Source: an uncultured delta proteobacterium (GTDB lineage Bacteria > Myxococcota_A > Polyangia > Polyangiales > Polyangiaceae). Taken from it: DNA of 64,000 nucleotides. Shown in pieces: positions 52,876-64,000 of this stretch (position 1 is the first letter of the stretch; every line of letters begins with the position of its first letter). The notes beneath the pieces are model-generated. The model was not told the origin of the DNA, did not search any database, and was given only the letters and a program-made list of their open reading frames with translations. The translations under genes were made by a program, and so were the position numbers. The stretch is taken from NCBI GenBank assembly GCA_963841435.1, contig CAWJCS010000003.1, positions 640,001 to 704,000 on the forward strand. Reading direction: 5' to 3'.

Positions 52876-54285
52876 TCACGGCGCGGCCGGACCACCCCGA
52901 TGCGCGCGCTCGATCGCGTCGATACTCTTGCGTACGTCGTCTTCATCCGTCGACCAGTTCGAGACGGAGATGCGCATGCCGGCCACGCCGCGCCACGTCG
53001 TGATGCTGGGGTAGCAGACGCCGCCCTCGATCACTCGGGCGACCACGGCGCGCGTGTGGCCGTCGTCGTCCACACCGGCGGGGTCGCGAAATCTGACGAC
53101 GAGCTGGTTCAGCTTCACCTCGTTCATGACCTCGACCCCATCGATCGCGCCGAGGCCCCTTTCGAACGCTTCCGCGTGCGCGCAGCAGCGTTCCACGAGA
53201 TCGGCGACGCCGGCACGCCCGAGCTGGCGCAGCGCGGCCCACACGGCGAACCCGCGCGCGCGCCGCGAGAGCTCGGGGGTGTGGTCGAAGGGATTGGGGA
53301 CGGCCGCCTCGCCCGGCAGGTACTTCGCGCCGCCGCGGAAGGTCAGCCGGTGGGCCTCGCCGTCTCGCACGAGCGCGATGCCACAATCGTACGGCGTGTT
53401 GAGCCACTTGTGCGCGTCGGTCGCCCACGAGTCCGCGAGCTCCGCGCCGTCGACCAGGCCGCGGCGAGCCGGCGCCACGCGCGCCCAGAGTCCGAAGGCA
53501 CCGTCGAGATGGAGCCACACGGGCCTCTCACGCTTCGCGTCGGCGACTCGCTCGGCGATCGCGACCAGCGGGTCGAACGCGCCGCCGTTCACGTTGCCGG
53601 CCTGGGCGCACACGATGAGCGGCCCCTCGCCTGCAAAATCGAGGCGATCGGCTCGCATGCGCCCCTCGCCGTCGGCTTCGATCACTCGAAGCTGCTTGGT
53701 GCCGAAGCCGAGCATGCGTAGCGCCCGGTCGATGGTGCCGTGGCGCTCGGCACCGACGACCACCTCGATGCGAGGCGCGCCGGTCACGCCCTCGACCTCA
53801 ACGTCCCAGCCAACGGCACGCAAAAGCTCGGTCCGCGCCACGGCGAGGCCGACGAAGCTTGCCATCTGCGCGCCCGTGACGAGCGCGCCCGATCCGGCGG
53901 GGAGATCGAGCAGGCTCGCGACCCAGCGCAACACGACGTGCTCGATGGCCGCGGCCGCGGGCGTGGCCTCGCCGCTCCCCGTGTTCTGGTCCCAGACCGA
54001 CGTGAGCCAGTCGGCGGCGATCGCGACGGGAAGCGCGCCTCCGATGACCCAACCGAAGAACCTGCCGCTCGGCATCGCCGTGAGCCCGGGCTCGACCTTG
54101 CGCACCAGCTCCTCGAGCACGGCGCCGGGCTCGGTCGAGAGCGCTTGCAGGGGCTCGTCGAGCGCCGCGAGCATGGCGGCCGCGTCGCTTTGCGGAGCGA
54201 CACCTCGCTCGGGGAGACCGTCGAGAAAATCGGCCGCGATGCGACTCGTTCGGTCGAACAGGGGACGAGCATCCGTTCGCAACAT
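52876..54285 (-). CDS. Group II PLP-dependent amino-acid decarboxylase
   Basis: WLHLDGAFGLW, DSWATDAHKWLNTPYDCG, ELSRRARG. Confidence 0.92.
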   Translation of the reverse strand: MLRTDARPLFDRTSRIAADFLDGLPERGVAPQSDAAAMLAALDEPLQALSTEPGAVLEELVRKVEPGLTAMPSGRFFGWVIGGALPVAIAADWLTSVWDQNTGSGEATPAAAAIEHVVLRWVASLLDLPAGSGALVTGAQMASFVGLAVARTELLRAVGWDVEVEGVTGAPRIEVVVGAERHGTIDRALRMLGFGTKQLRVIEADGEGRMRADRLDFAGEGPLIVCAQAGNVNGGAFDPLVAIAERVADAKRERPVWLHLDGAFGLWARVAPARRGLVDGAELADSWATDAHKWLNTPYDCGIALVRDGEAHRLTFRGGAKYLPGEAAVPNPFDHTPELSRRARGFAVWAALRQLGRAGVADLVERCCAHAEAFERGLGAIDGVEVMNEVKLNQLVVRFRDPAGVDDDGHTRAVVARVIEGGVCYPSITTWRGVAGMRISVSNWSTDEDDVRKSIDAIERAHRGGPAAP

Positions 54286-54372
54286 GGCCCAACCTTGCCA
54301 CGTCGCGCGCATGGGGAGGACCCGCCCGGCCGGGTCGACGCCTCCTTTTCTCGCGCAGGCTCGGGGTGCGCT

Positions 54373-55800
54373 CTAGTTCGCGTCGAGGCGCAGCAAGAAC
54401 GTTCCCGCCCGCTCCCCTTCCGTGCCGAGCTGGCTGAGGACGTTCTCGTTCCCGAAGTCCACCTCGTAGGCAAATGAGCCGGCAACCCAAGCCGCGTCCG
54501 GGGTGGTGGCGATGGCCGTGCTCACGACGTCAACGCCGCGGTCGGCGCGAACGAGCTGGAGCGGGGCACCCGAATCCGGGGAATAGGTCCGCAGATAGAT
54601 CGCGTTCGCAGGACGGCTCGGCGCATCGACCGAACCGCCCAGAAACACGGTACCCCGGCCGTCGGTGGCGACCGCGAAAGCGGACTGCGTGTCCTCTTCG
54701 CGCGTGAGCCACCTCGCCTTCCCGCTTCCGTCGAGACGCGTCACGAAGGCCGTCCCGGGGGCCCCGGGGACCTCGGGGCTCGGGGTGAAAGGCTCTGCCG
54801 TCGAGGTCTTTCCGCCCAGAGTCACCGTTCCCGCGGCCGAGCCAGCGAGCAAGAAGTCGCCGTCCGAAAAGGCGGCGAGCGCAGCGCCGTCGCACGCAGT
54901 GCTGGGCTCGCCACCGAAGCTCTCGCTCCACAGCGGCTCACCGTCGCTCGTCAGGCGCGCCACGAAACCGCTGATCGAGGTGCCAGCAGGGCTCGCGAGC
55001 GTATCGGTCACACCGCCCAGTGAAAGATCCCCGTCGAACCTTCCGCTCATCACGATGTCACCGTCGGAAAGGGCGGCTACCGCGCTCGCGCGGGCTCGAA
55101 CACCCGTGTGCGGGAAGGTCTTCTCCCAGAGCTTGTTGCCCCAAGCGTCACACTTGAGGAGCAACACGTGCCCGTCGAGGGTCGTGGCAGGCTCCTCGTC
55201 CCCGTAGGAACCGGCAATGAAGATCGCCCCGGTCGCGTCCACCGCGAGCCCGTAGGTGAAGGTGACGGGACGCTCGACCGGGACGGTCGTCTCGTAGCGA
55301 ACGGCTCCGTCACTGCCAATCTTTGCGAGATAGAGCTCCTTCGACACGAACGACGCCGAGACCGCCGCTGCGTCCGGGAAGCTCGGCGCAACGATGACCA
55401 CGTCGTCGCCCGAGCGCGCTATGGCCCGCGGCAGGCCGGCCGCTCGCAGCGGCAGGCTCCACTTCGGCGCGCCGCTAGGACCGAGCAGGGCCGCAAACGC
55501 CTCGGAATCGATGCCGGGCTCGAACTCCAAAAGCCCGACCGTGGCCGGATCGGACGACGCTCCCGCGATGACCACACCGTCATCGACGGCGGCGAGCACG
55601 GGCGGCGTCGGATTGTAGATGTCACCGCTCTGCAGTTGCCAGGCACCGCGGGGCGACGGGCTCTCGTACACCGCGGCCCCACCCCCGTCGCCGCTCGCCC
55701 CGGAGTGTGCGTCACCCCCGACCCGATCCGATTTGCCCCCGCAGGCGATGACCATCGCCGAGGCGTACACTACGGCACCCAGCTCCACCACACCACGCAT
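54373..55800 (-). CDS. Beta-propeller repeat lipoprotein
   Basis: Lipobox VIAC; repeated AVD..G.I..AG / FVARL..DG..LW blades. Confidence 0.75.
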   Translation of the reverse strand: MRGVVELGAVVYASAMVIACGGKSDRVGGDAHSGASGDGGGAAVYESPSPRGAWQLQSGDIYNPTPPVLAAVDDGVVIAGASSDPATVGLLEFEPGIDSEAFAALLGPSGAPKWSLPLRAAGLPRAIARSGDDVVIVAPSFPDAAAVSASFVSKELYLAKIGSDGAVRYETTVPVERPVTFTYGLAVDATGAIFIAGSYGDEEPATTLDGHVLLLKCDAWGNKLWEKTFPHTGVRARASAVAALSDGDIVMSGRFDGDLSLGGVTDTLASPAGTSISGFVARLTSDGEPLWSESFGGEPSTACDGAALAAFSDGDFLLAGSAAGTVTLGGKTSTAEPFTPSPEVPGAPGTAFVTRLDGSGKARWLTREEDTQSAFAVATDGRGTVFLGGSVDAPSRPANAIYLRTYSPDSGAPLQLVRADRGVDVVSTAIATTPDAAWVAGSFAYEVDFGNENVLSQLGTEGERAGTFLLRLDAN

Positions 55801-55890
55801 ACCGATAGCCTGACCGCGGGGGCCCTGGGCCGCAAGCCCGGTCCCCAGCGGCTCACCGGGCGCGCTACGCGAGCGTTGCCTCGGGTTTCC

Positions 55891-57300
55891 TCACGCGGTG
55901 CCGGCCCATTGCTCGAGCACGCGGCTGATGCGCTCGAGGTAGCCGTCCACGCGGACGACCTCTTCGTACCCCGGCACGGCGCCCACCCACTCGCGCATCC
56001 GCACGTTCGGGGCTTCGGTGAGATAGAGCGTGGGAAGGCCCATGAGCGCGGGGCCATCCATGCCAGCGGTGGTGACACCCACCTGACCGACGAGGCCGTG
56101 CCTGAGCCTTAGGTGCTCGAAGAACTGGAGCTGAGCCCGCCGCATGTCGGCTTGGCGAAAGACCGGGTCTTTCCAGAAGAGAATCATATCGACGGCACCC
56201 TCGGGCACCGGCGACTCTCGAATCGCATCGCCAGTCAGCACGGGCACGAGCCCTGCTCCTTGCACGCGTGCGACGAGCTCCACGAGCTCGGACCATCTCG
56301 TATTCCGGCCTGGGTGATGAACCCCGTCGCGGATCCACAAAAGCACCTTCTTCCCCGCGGCGTCTCCAGCGCGAAGAGAGCGCAGCCTCTGGTCCAGCCA
56401 ATCGGCCACCGTGCTCGGGATCGGCGCCTCGCCCAGGAATGCCGCCCGGAGCGTGCGCTGGGCCAACGCCGGATCGGCCCTGAAGGCGCGCCCCACGATT
56501 GCCGTCACGTGCTTCATCGCACGGGGACGCGAGCGGTACGGGCGAAGCTTGGAACCGAGACCCGCATCCAAGAGGAACTTCTCGGCCTGCGCCGTTTGGT
56601 CCTTGCCGGGCTCGATCTGAACGGCAACGCCGGCGAGCACGGCGGCGGCAGCGAGGTACCACCCTTCTCCGAACGAGAAGCGGCTGTCCGCGTGAAACGT
56701 GTACGCGTGGTTCCTGTCTTCGAAGATCCGGCGCGCGGCCCTCGCGGCGGCCCCGGCCTGGTGAGCCGCCGCAAGCGCTCTACGAGCGACGGCGGACTTT
56801 GGCTCGTCGTGCTCGAGCGCGGCGGCACTCGTCGCGGCAATGCGGGCCGACGCCTCCGCGCCGCGAACGATGGCTTCGACGCGACGCCAGCCGTCGTCAC
56901 AGGCCTCGCTCGTCGGCGCGCGCTGCGCGCTCAAAGAGAGCTGGCCCGCGCCGTGGAGCGCATCTTGAGCTTTCGCGGCACTGGCCGTCGCCAGCGTCGC
57001 ACGAGCAGCCGTGACGGTGGCGTGGATGGGCGCTCGTTCGCTTTCGACACCGCCGTTCTCCGAGGCGCCACGCGTCTCCTCGGCCGCAGCGAGCGCGAGA
57101 CCGGCCTGCTCGAGCGCTCGTTCGAGCAAGGATCGATAGCGTTCGCGCTGGCCAGGCTCGTGCAACGTCGCCCCCTGGTCGAGCGCCTCGGCGAGCAGAC
57201 TTCGGGCCTCGCGTTCGAGGCGCTCCGCCGCGGCGCTCGCCCCCCCCACCGCCGGGACAACGGCCGTGCCGCTCTCCGATGTCGCCGAGCCGCGCGTCAC
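55891..57300 (-). CDS. Hypothetical protein: Ala-rich helical N-terminus, possible GT-B-like C-terminus
   Basis: Long ORF starting 1 nt after the katG stop; VLLWIR..HHPGRN, VGVTTAGMDGPALMGLPTLYL. Confidence 0.7.
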   Translation of the reverse strand: MTRGSATSESGTAVVPAVGGASAAAERLEREARSLLAEALDQGATLHEPGQRERYRSLLERALEQAGLALAAAEETRGASENGGVESERAPIHATVTAARATLATASAAKAQDALHGAGQLSLSAQRAPTSEACDDGWRRVEAIVRGAEASARIAATSAAALEHDEPKSAVARRALAAAHQAGAAARAARRIFEDRNHAYTFHADSRFSFGEGWYLAAAAVLAGVAVQIEPGKDQTAQAEKFLLDAGLGSKLRPYRSRPRAMKHVTAIVGRAFRADPALAQRTLRAAFLGEAPIPSTVADWLDQRLRSLRAGDAAGKKVLLWIRDGVHHPGRNTRWSELVELVARVQGAGLVPVLTGDAIRESPVPEGAVDMILFWKDPVFRQADMRRAQLQFFEHLRLRHGLVGQVGVTTAGMDGPALMGLPTLYLTEAPNVRMREWVGAVPGYEEVVRVDGYLERISRVLEQWAGTA

Positions 57301-57301
57301 G

Positions 57302-59551
<2,250 letters not shown>

Positions 59552-59599
59552 CTACCGCGACCTGGAGACAAAGCTAGGGCTCGCCGAAGCGATTGGCCA

Positions 59600-59636
59600 T
59601 TCGATTGATTCTATCAACGTGATAGCCCTCAGCTAT
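59600..59636 (-). promoter_or_regulatory. OxyR-type binding site upstream of katG
   Basis: Minus strand ATAG-N7-CTAT-N7-ATAG-N7-CGAA. Confidence 0.75.
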
Positions 59637-59861
59637 CAGGCGGGGGCGCCCTCTTTTTGCCAGAGTCCGCAAGGCGCCGCCCGCGCGCGCGCGGTGGCAT
59701 GTCCGCGCGCTCCAATGCGGAATGACGAGCGTGCGTCGGCGGCGAGCTCGGCGCCTACTCCGTCAGGTCCTACTCGTTGCCGGGAGCGCGCGCGTCCGGG
59801 TCAACAAGTGGCACACAAATCTCCCTCCGCACCGTAGCGCTCGCCCCGAGCGCGGAATTGC

Positions 59862-60065
59862 AAGCGCGAGTGCGGGCAAATATCCATCAGTTACCACTTC
59901 AACGCGTGGGCTGCCGCAGGGATGACCCTCGGGAAGATGGACCAGGCCCAGATTCTCATCGAAGTGGGGGGCGGTACTGGAAGCATCAACTTCACGGTGG
60001 CAAACGTGACGGCCACGATGAACGAGCTCGAAACGCCGCGCCTCACTTGGGCAGCGCGGTGCTAG
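59862..60065 (+). pseudogene. C-terminal remnant of a GH11 xylanase
   Basis: KRECGQISISYHFNAWAAAGMTLGKMDQAQILIEVGGGTGSINF; in-frame stop at 59835 upstream. Confidence 0.7.
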
Positions 60066-61586
60066 CCTGAGCGCTGGGAGTGCGCGCGCGACCGGCGGCG
60101 ACGGACCAAGCCGAGGGCACCGAGCACGAGCGCCAACGCGGACGGCATCGCGGTTCGCGACTGTCCCGCGACGACGCAGGCGCAACCGCCTGCAGAATCA
60201 GCGCTCGCCGGGGTGGAAGCGCCTCCCGAGCTCTGCGTTCCGGCCGTTGGCGCAACGCTGCCTCCGCTTCCGCCCGCGGGCGAGCCGCCCATGCCGGCGG
60301 TACCGGCAATCCCACCGGAGCCGGCGCTCGGCGCCGTGCCGCCTGCCCCGCCGAGGCCACCACCGCCTGAGCTCCCACCCGCGGTCATCGCCCCACTTCC
60401 ACCGGTAGCAGCGCCGCCGGCGCCGGCACCGCTCCCCGCGGTTCCGCCGTTCCCGCCCGTCATGCCTCCACCGCCGCTGACACCGGCGTTGCCGGCACCA
60501 CCGTCCGTTGCCCCAGCCAAACCAGCCAAACCACCCGAACCACCCAAACCACCCGTGCCAGCCGAGCCGCCCATGCCGCCCATGCCACCCGCGCCGCCCG
60601 CCCCACCGCCGCACGCCGCGGTCTCCGGATCGGGCCCGGTGGCATCGCCGAGGCCAAAGTAGGCGGCGACGGCGTTTCCGTCGAACGGCACCGCGTGGGC
60701 GACGCCGGACAGGGCGAAGGTCTCGTAGACGGTGTAGCCGCAGTCGTTCTTCCAATACTCGCGCGTCGTCCCACTCTTCGGCATGTCGCTGCCCGTGGGC
60801 GTTTCGACGAGCCCGAGGAGATTGGTCCACTCCTTCACGTCCTCGGCCAGGTTCTTGAAGTTGAGCGTCGTGTCGGCGGTGCCGTGCCAGTGCTGCAGAC
60901 GCGGGCGATGACCCGTGTAGCCCGGGTAGTAGGAACGCACCTGATCGCCCCAGGCTTGCCCGGTCTTCACGACGTTGCCCCCCGCGCACGGGCCGCTCCA
61001 CTGGGCGGTCGAACCGTTCCCGGTGACGTCGTTGTAGCCCTCTGCCCAGCAGCCGCAGGGCACCCCCATGAGCGACACGCCGGCCATGAAGACGTTGGGG
61101 TACACGCCCAGAAGGGCCTCGGTCATGATCCCTCCCGACGAGCCGCCCACGGAATACACGCGGCTCGCGTTGCCGTCGTACTTGGTGAGAGTGTACTTCA
61201 CCATCTGGACGACGGCGCCCGTGTCGCCTCCCCCGCCGTGCGTGAGGGACCGAGTCGAACCCCGCATCCCAGCAGTTTTGGCCGGTCGCTTCGGGGATGA
61301 CCATGATGAAGCCGCTACTATTCGCGATCGAAACGAGGCTCGACATCTCGCTGTAGGTGCTCTGCGCAGTGCCTCCGCAATGGTGCGGCGCCACGACGAT
61401 CGGCGGCTTCGTCGCCAGCGTGTCCGGAACGTAGACGTACATGTTCACGTAGCTCGGCAGGCCCGTGATTCCCGCCCACCAGTCGCTCTGGTTCACCTTC
61501 TGCATGGAGGCTGCACCCGCCGGCTCGGCGACGAGCAGGCCTAAGCACACCGCCGGGAGCGAAACGAGGTAACTGAAGCGATTCAT
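60062..61586 (-). CDS. Second PHB-depolymerase-family/CE1 esterase with MYXO-CTERM-type anchor; frameshift at ~61258
   Basis: Paralog of 39630..41153; [21 protein letters not shown] helix, RRRR. Confidence 0.87.
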
Positions 61587-61684
61587 GTGCGTGTTCCTTC
61601 TTCCTCGCACAGGCGAGCGCGCCGCGGGCTCGTGGGCAACCCCAGCCGAATGTTTTCTAGCACACGCCGGAAACGCCGTCAGCG

Positions 61685-62250
61685 CTAGGTGTGGCTCAGG
61701 TACTGGTGCACCAGCGCGATCGCCATACTGCCCTCGCCGACCGCAGCAGCGACACGCTTCACGGGGCTCAAGCGGACGTCGCCGCAGGCGAACACGCCGG
61801 GAACACTCGATTCCAAAAGGTACGGATCGCGCTCTGCCGCCCAGCGTCCCGCGCGGACGACGTTCTCACCCGTCAGGATGTAGCCGTTCGCGTCACACGC
61901 GATCTCTTTCGGCAACCAGCCGGTTTCCGCGACGGCGCCGATGAAGACGAAGAGACCGCCGGATTCCCGCCGGCTCGTCGCACCGGACCTGCGATCGACG
62001 ATATCGATGGCTTCCAGGTTCGCGGCGCCGTGAACGGCTCGCACCTCGGTATTCAAGAGCACGTTGACGTTCGACTTGGTACGAAGCTGCCCGATCAGAT
62101 CAGGTCGGGCGATTCGGGGGTGAGCCAATCGAACATGATGCGATTGCGTTCGAGGAAGCGCCGTACGTCGCCACAGCGCTCGTCGAAAAGCTTCCCGACG
62201 ACGAGACAGGTCGGGGCGGGCACTTCCGCGTGTGGGAGCGGCGAGCGACT
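61685..62250 (-). pseudogene. Internally deleted thioredoxin-reductase-like gene
   Basis: C-terminus GLFVFIGA...[20 protein letters not shown] joined out of frame to RRFLERNRIMFDW; FAD/NADPH GxGxxG motifs absent. Confidence 0.75.
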
Positions 62251-62523
62251 CCGAAGCGCGCCAATCGTGAGATACGGCCGGACCGGATCGTCACCAGCGT
62301 CGCGGCGACGATCGCTGGGCGAACTCGGCAGATTCCGGGCCTCGCCATGCCGCTCTGCGGGAATCGCTTGGCGATGGGCGCGCGCGTGTCGCGCCACTAG
62401 TAAGAAGTTTTGTCCTGCCTGGGGCTCGCGCTTCGAAGGTACCTGCCCGCCCTCGATTGGCGCCGCTCGGTGCGGCGTGAGATTGCTCTTGGCAACGGCC
62501 GGGGGCGATCAAAAGATGGAGCG

Positions 62524-64000
62524 ATGAGTCAGCTTCGCAAGGGGGGCCTTGCAACGAACTCTGCGTTCACGCTTCTGCTCATCGGTTGTAGTCGTCTTCT
62601 AATAGGTTGCAGTGATGGTGGCCAGAGTGACACAAATCCGTCGACCGGCTCGGGTGCAACCGGAAGCGGCGGCACGAGCAGCGGCAGCAGTGGTACGGGC
62701 GGCGCAGCCGCAACCGGAGGCACCGCGACAGGCGGCACCACGACAGGCGGCACCACCGCGGGCGGCATGTCGGGAGCCGGCGGGCTCGGGGCCGGCGGCG
62801 CGTCAGGTGCAGCCGCGATGGCGGGCACGGGCGGCACGGACCCGCTGGCGGGTGCCGGCGGTACGTCGGGCGGCAGCGCGGGCCTCGGCGGCGGCGGAGC
62901 AAGCGGGGCGAGCAGTGGGGCCGGTGGCGGCAGTGGCGGCACCGCGTCGGGCACGCTAGCGCTCACCATCGAGCCGAATCCGAACAGCGTGCTCTCCTGT
63001 TACGTGAGCTGGACGACCGCTGCCCCTGCCGACTCGACCGTTCAGTTCGGCGTCGGCGGCTACCAGTGGGAGATCTCGGACGCGACGATGGTGACCGATC
63101 ACAAGGTCCTGGTGATCGGCATGCGCGCGTCTCAGATGTACTCGATCAAGGCCATCTCGGGCTCGGAGAGCGGCGCCGGTACGTTCCAGACGGGCGCGCT
63201 GCCCGCGGCGGTTCCTGCCGGCACCGTCATGATCAACGACACGGCGAAGCGAGCACCCGGGTGGACGCTCATGAACGTGCAAAAGGGCGGGACCGACAAC
63301 AGGCCGCGCTCGGCCGAGCCGCCCATGGCGGTGATCTACGACGAAGAGGGCCAGCCCGTTTGGTACTTCATCGACGGTCCCGGTCCGGACATCGGAGGCG
63401 CGGTGTCCACGCAGCTCACGGACAAGGGCGTGGTGATCGGCCCGACGTGGAATCAGCAGAACACCAACGGCATCCCGCCGCGTGAGGTCGACTTCGCGGG
63501 CAACATCATCTGGGAGTGCAAGCACGCTGCCTGCGCACCCGGCAAGGACGCGACCCACGAGACCATCAAGCTCGCGAACGGCAACTACGTCATTCTCGAG
63601 TACGTGACGACCGGCGGCGCGCAAAATCCCGTGTACCGCGAGCTCGACGCCGACAGCAACGAGGTGTGGACGCTCGACTGGGTCAAGCTCCTGCCGGCTC
63701 CCTCCGGCTCCACCGGAGACTGGTGCCACGCGAACGCGATCAACGTCGATCTGGACAACAACGAGGTGTTCATCAACTGCCGTTGGATGGGTCTGATGAA
63801 GACCACGTACACGAACCCTGCCAAGCAGTGGCTGTTGCCCGCTGCCTACGGGAGCAAGGGGCAAGGCGATTTCACGTACTCGCCGACCAACATCCAGTTC
63901 AGCGACGCGCATCATCCCGAGTTCCACCGCGACGACAACACCGCCCTCTTCTACGACAACGGCGGCTGGAGCGGCTCGGTCAACACCGTCACCGGCTATC
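62524..64000 (+). CDS. Arylsulfotransferase (ASST)-family lipoprotein, runs off the window
   Basis: LLIGC lipobox, Gly linker, beta-sandwich N-domain, DWCHAN, DAHH, FYDNG; missing from the ORF track because there is no stop. Confidence 0.8.
   Translation, partial: MSQLRKGGLATNSAFTLLLIGCSRLLIGCSDGGQSDTNPSTGSGATGSGGTSSGSSGTGGAAATGGTATGGTTTGGTTAGGMSGAGGLGAGGASGAAAMAGTGGTDPLAGAGGTSGGSAGLGGGGASGASSGAGGGSGGTASGTLALTIEPNPNSVLSCYVSWTTAAPADSTVQFGVGGYQWEISDATMVTDHKVLVIGMRASQMYSIKAISGSESGAGTFQTGALPAAVPAGTVMINDTAKRAPGWTLMNVQKGGTDNRPRSAEPPMAVIYDEEGQPVWYFIDGPGPDIGGAVSTQLTDKGVVIGPTWNQQNTNGIPPREVDFAGNIIWECKHAACAPGKDATHETIKLANGNYVILEYVTTGGAQNPVYRELDADSNEVWTLDWVKLLPAPSGSTGDWCHANAINVDLDNNEVFINCRWMGLMKTTYTNPAKQWLLPAAYGSKGQGDFTYSPTNIQFSDAHHPEFHRDDNTALFYDNGGWSGSVNTVTGY

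Overview
High-GC (about 70%) bacterial DNA with a strong myxobacterial (Polyangiales/Sorangium-like) signature: MYXO-CTERM-type anchors, DUF1592/DUF1552 pairs, Cys-rich repeats and Gly/Ala/Ser-linker lipoproteins. About 48 CDS; no rRNA, tRNA, CRISPR or transposase seen. The main theme is secreted, mostly surface-tethered plant cell wall enzymes (GH53, GH30, CE15, GH28-like, PL9, three CE1-like esterases, two DUF1080) plus a cytoplasmic GH43. Also present: two PhoX phosphatases (one on a collagen-like stalk beside a diheme protein), two DUF1592/DUF1552 pairs, a ferritin-like/Fe-S/CDGSH fusion, a diadenylate-cyclase-domain gene upstream of mscS, a DEAD-box helicase with a structured leader, selO, katG with an OxyR-type site, and an arylsulfotransferase. 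Eight of nine frameshifts in otherwise intact genes are the same extra-A event in a (A/C)GA(C/T) context, probably a systematic sequencing error. Intergenic spaces hold at least seven recognisable gene remnants. All family calls come from motif recognition by eye, not database searches.
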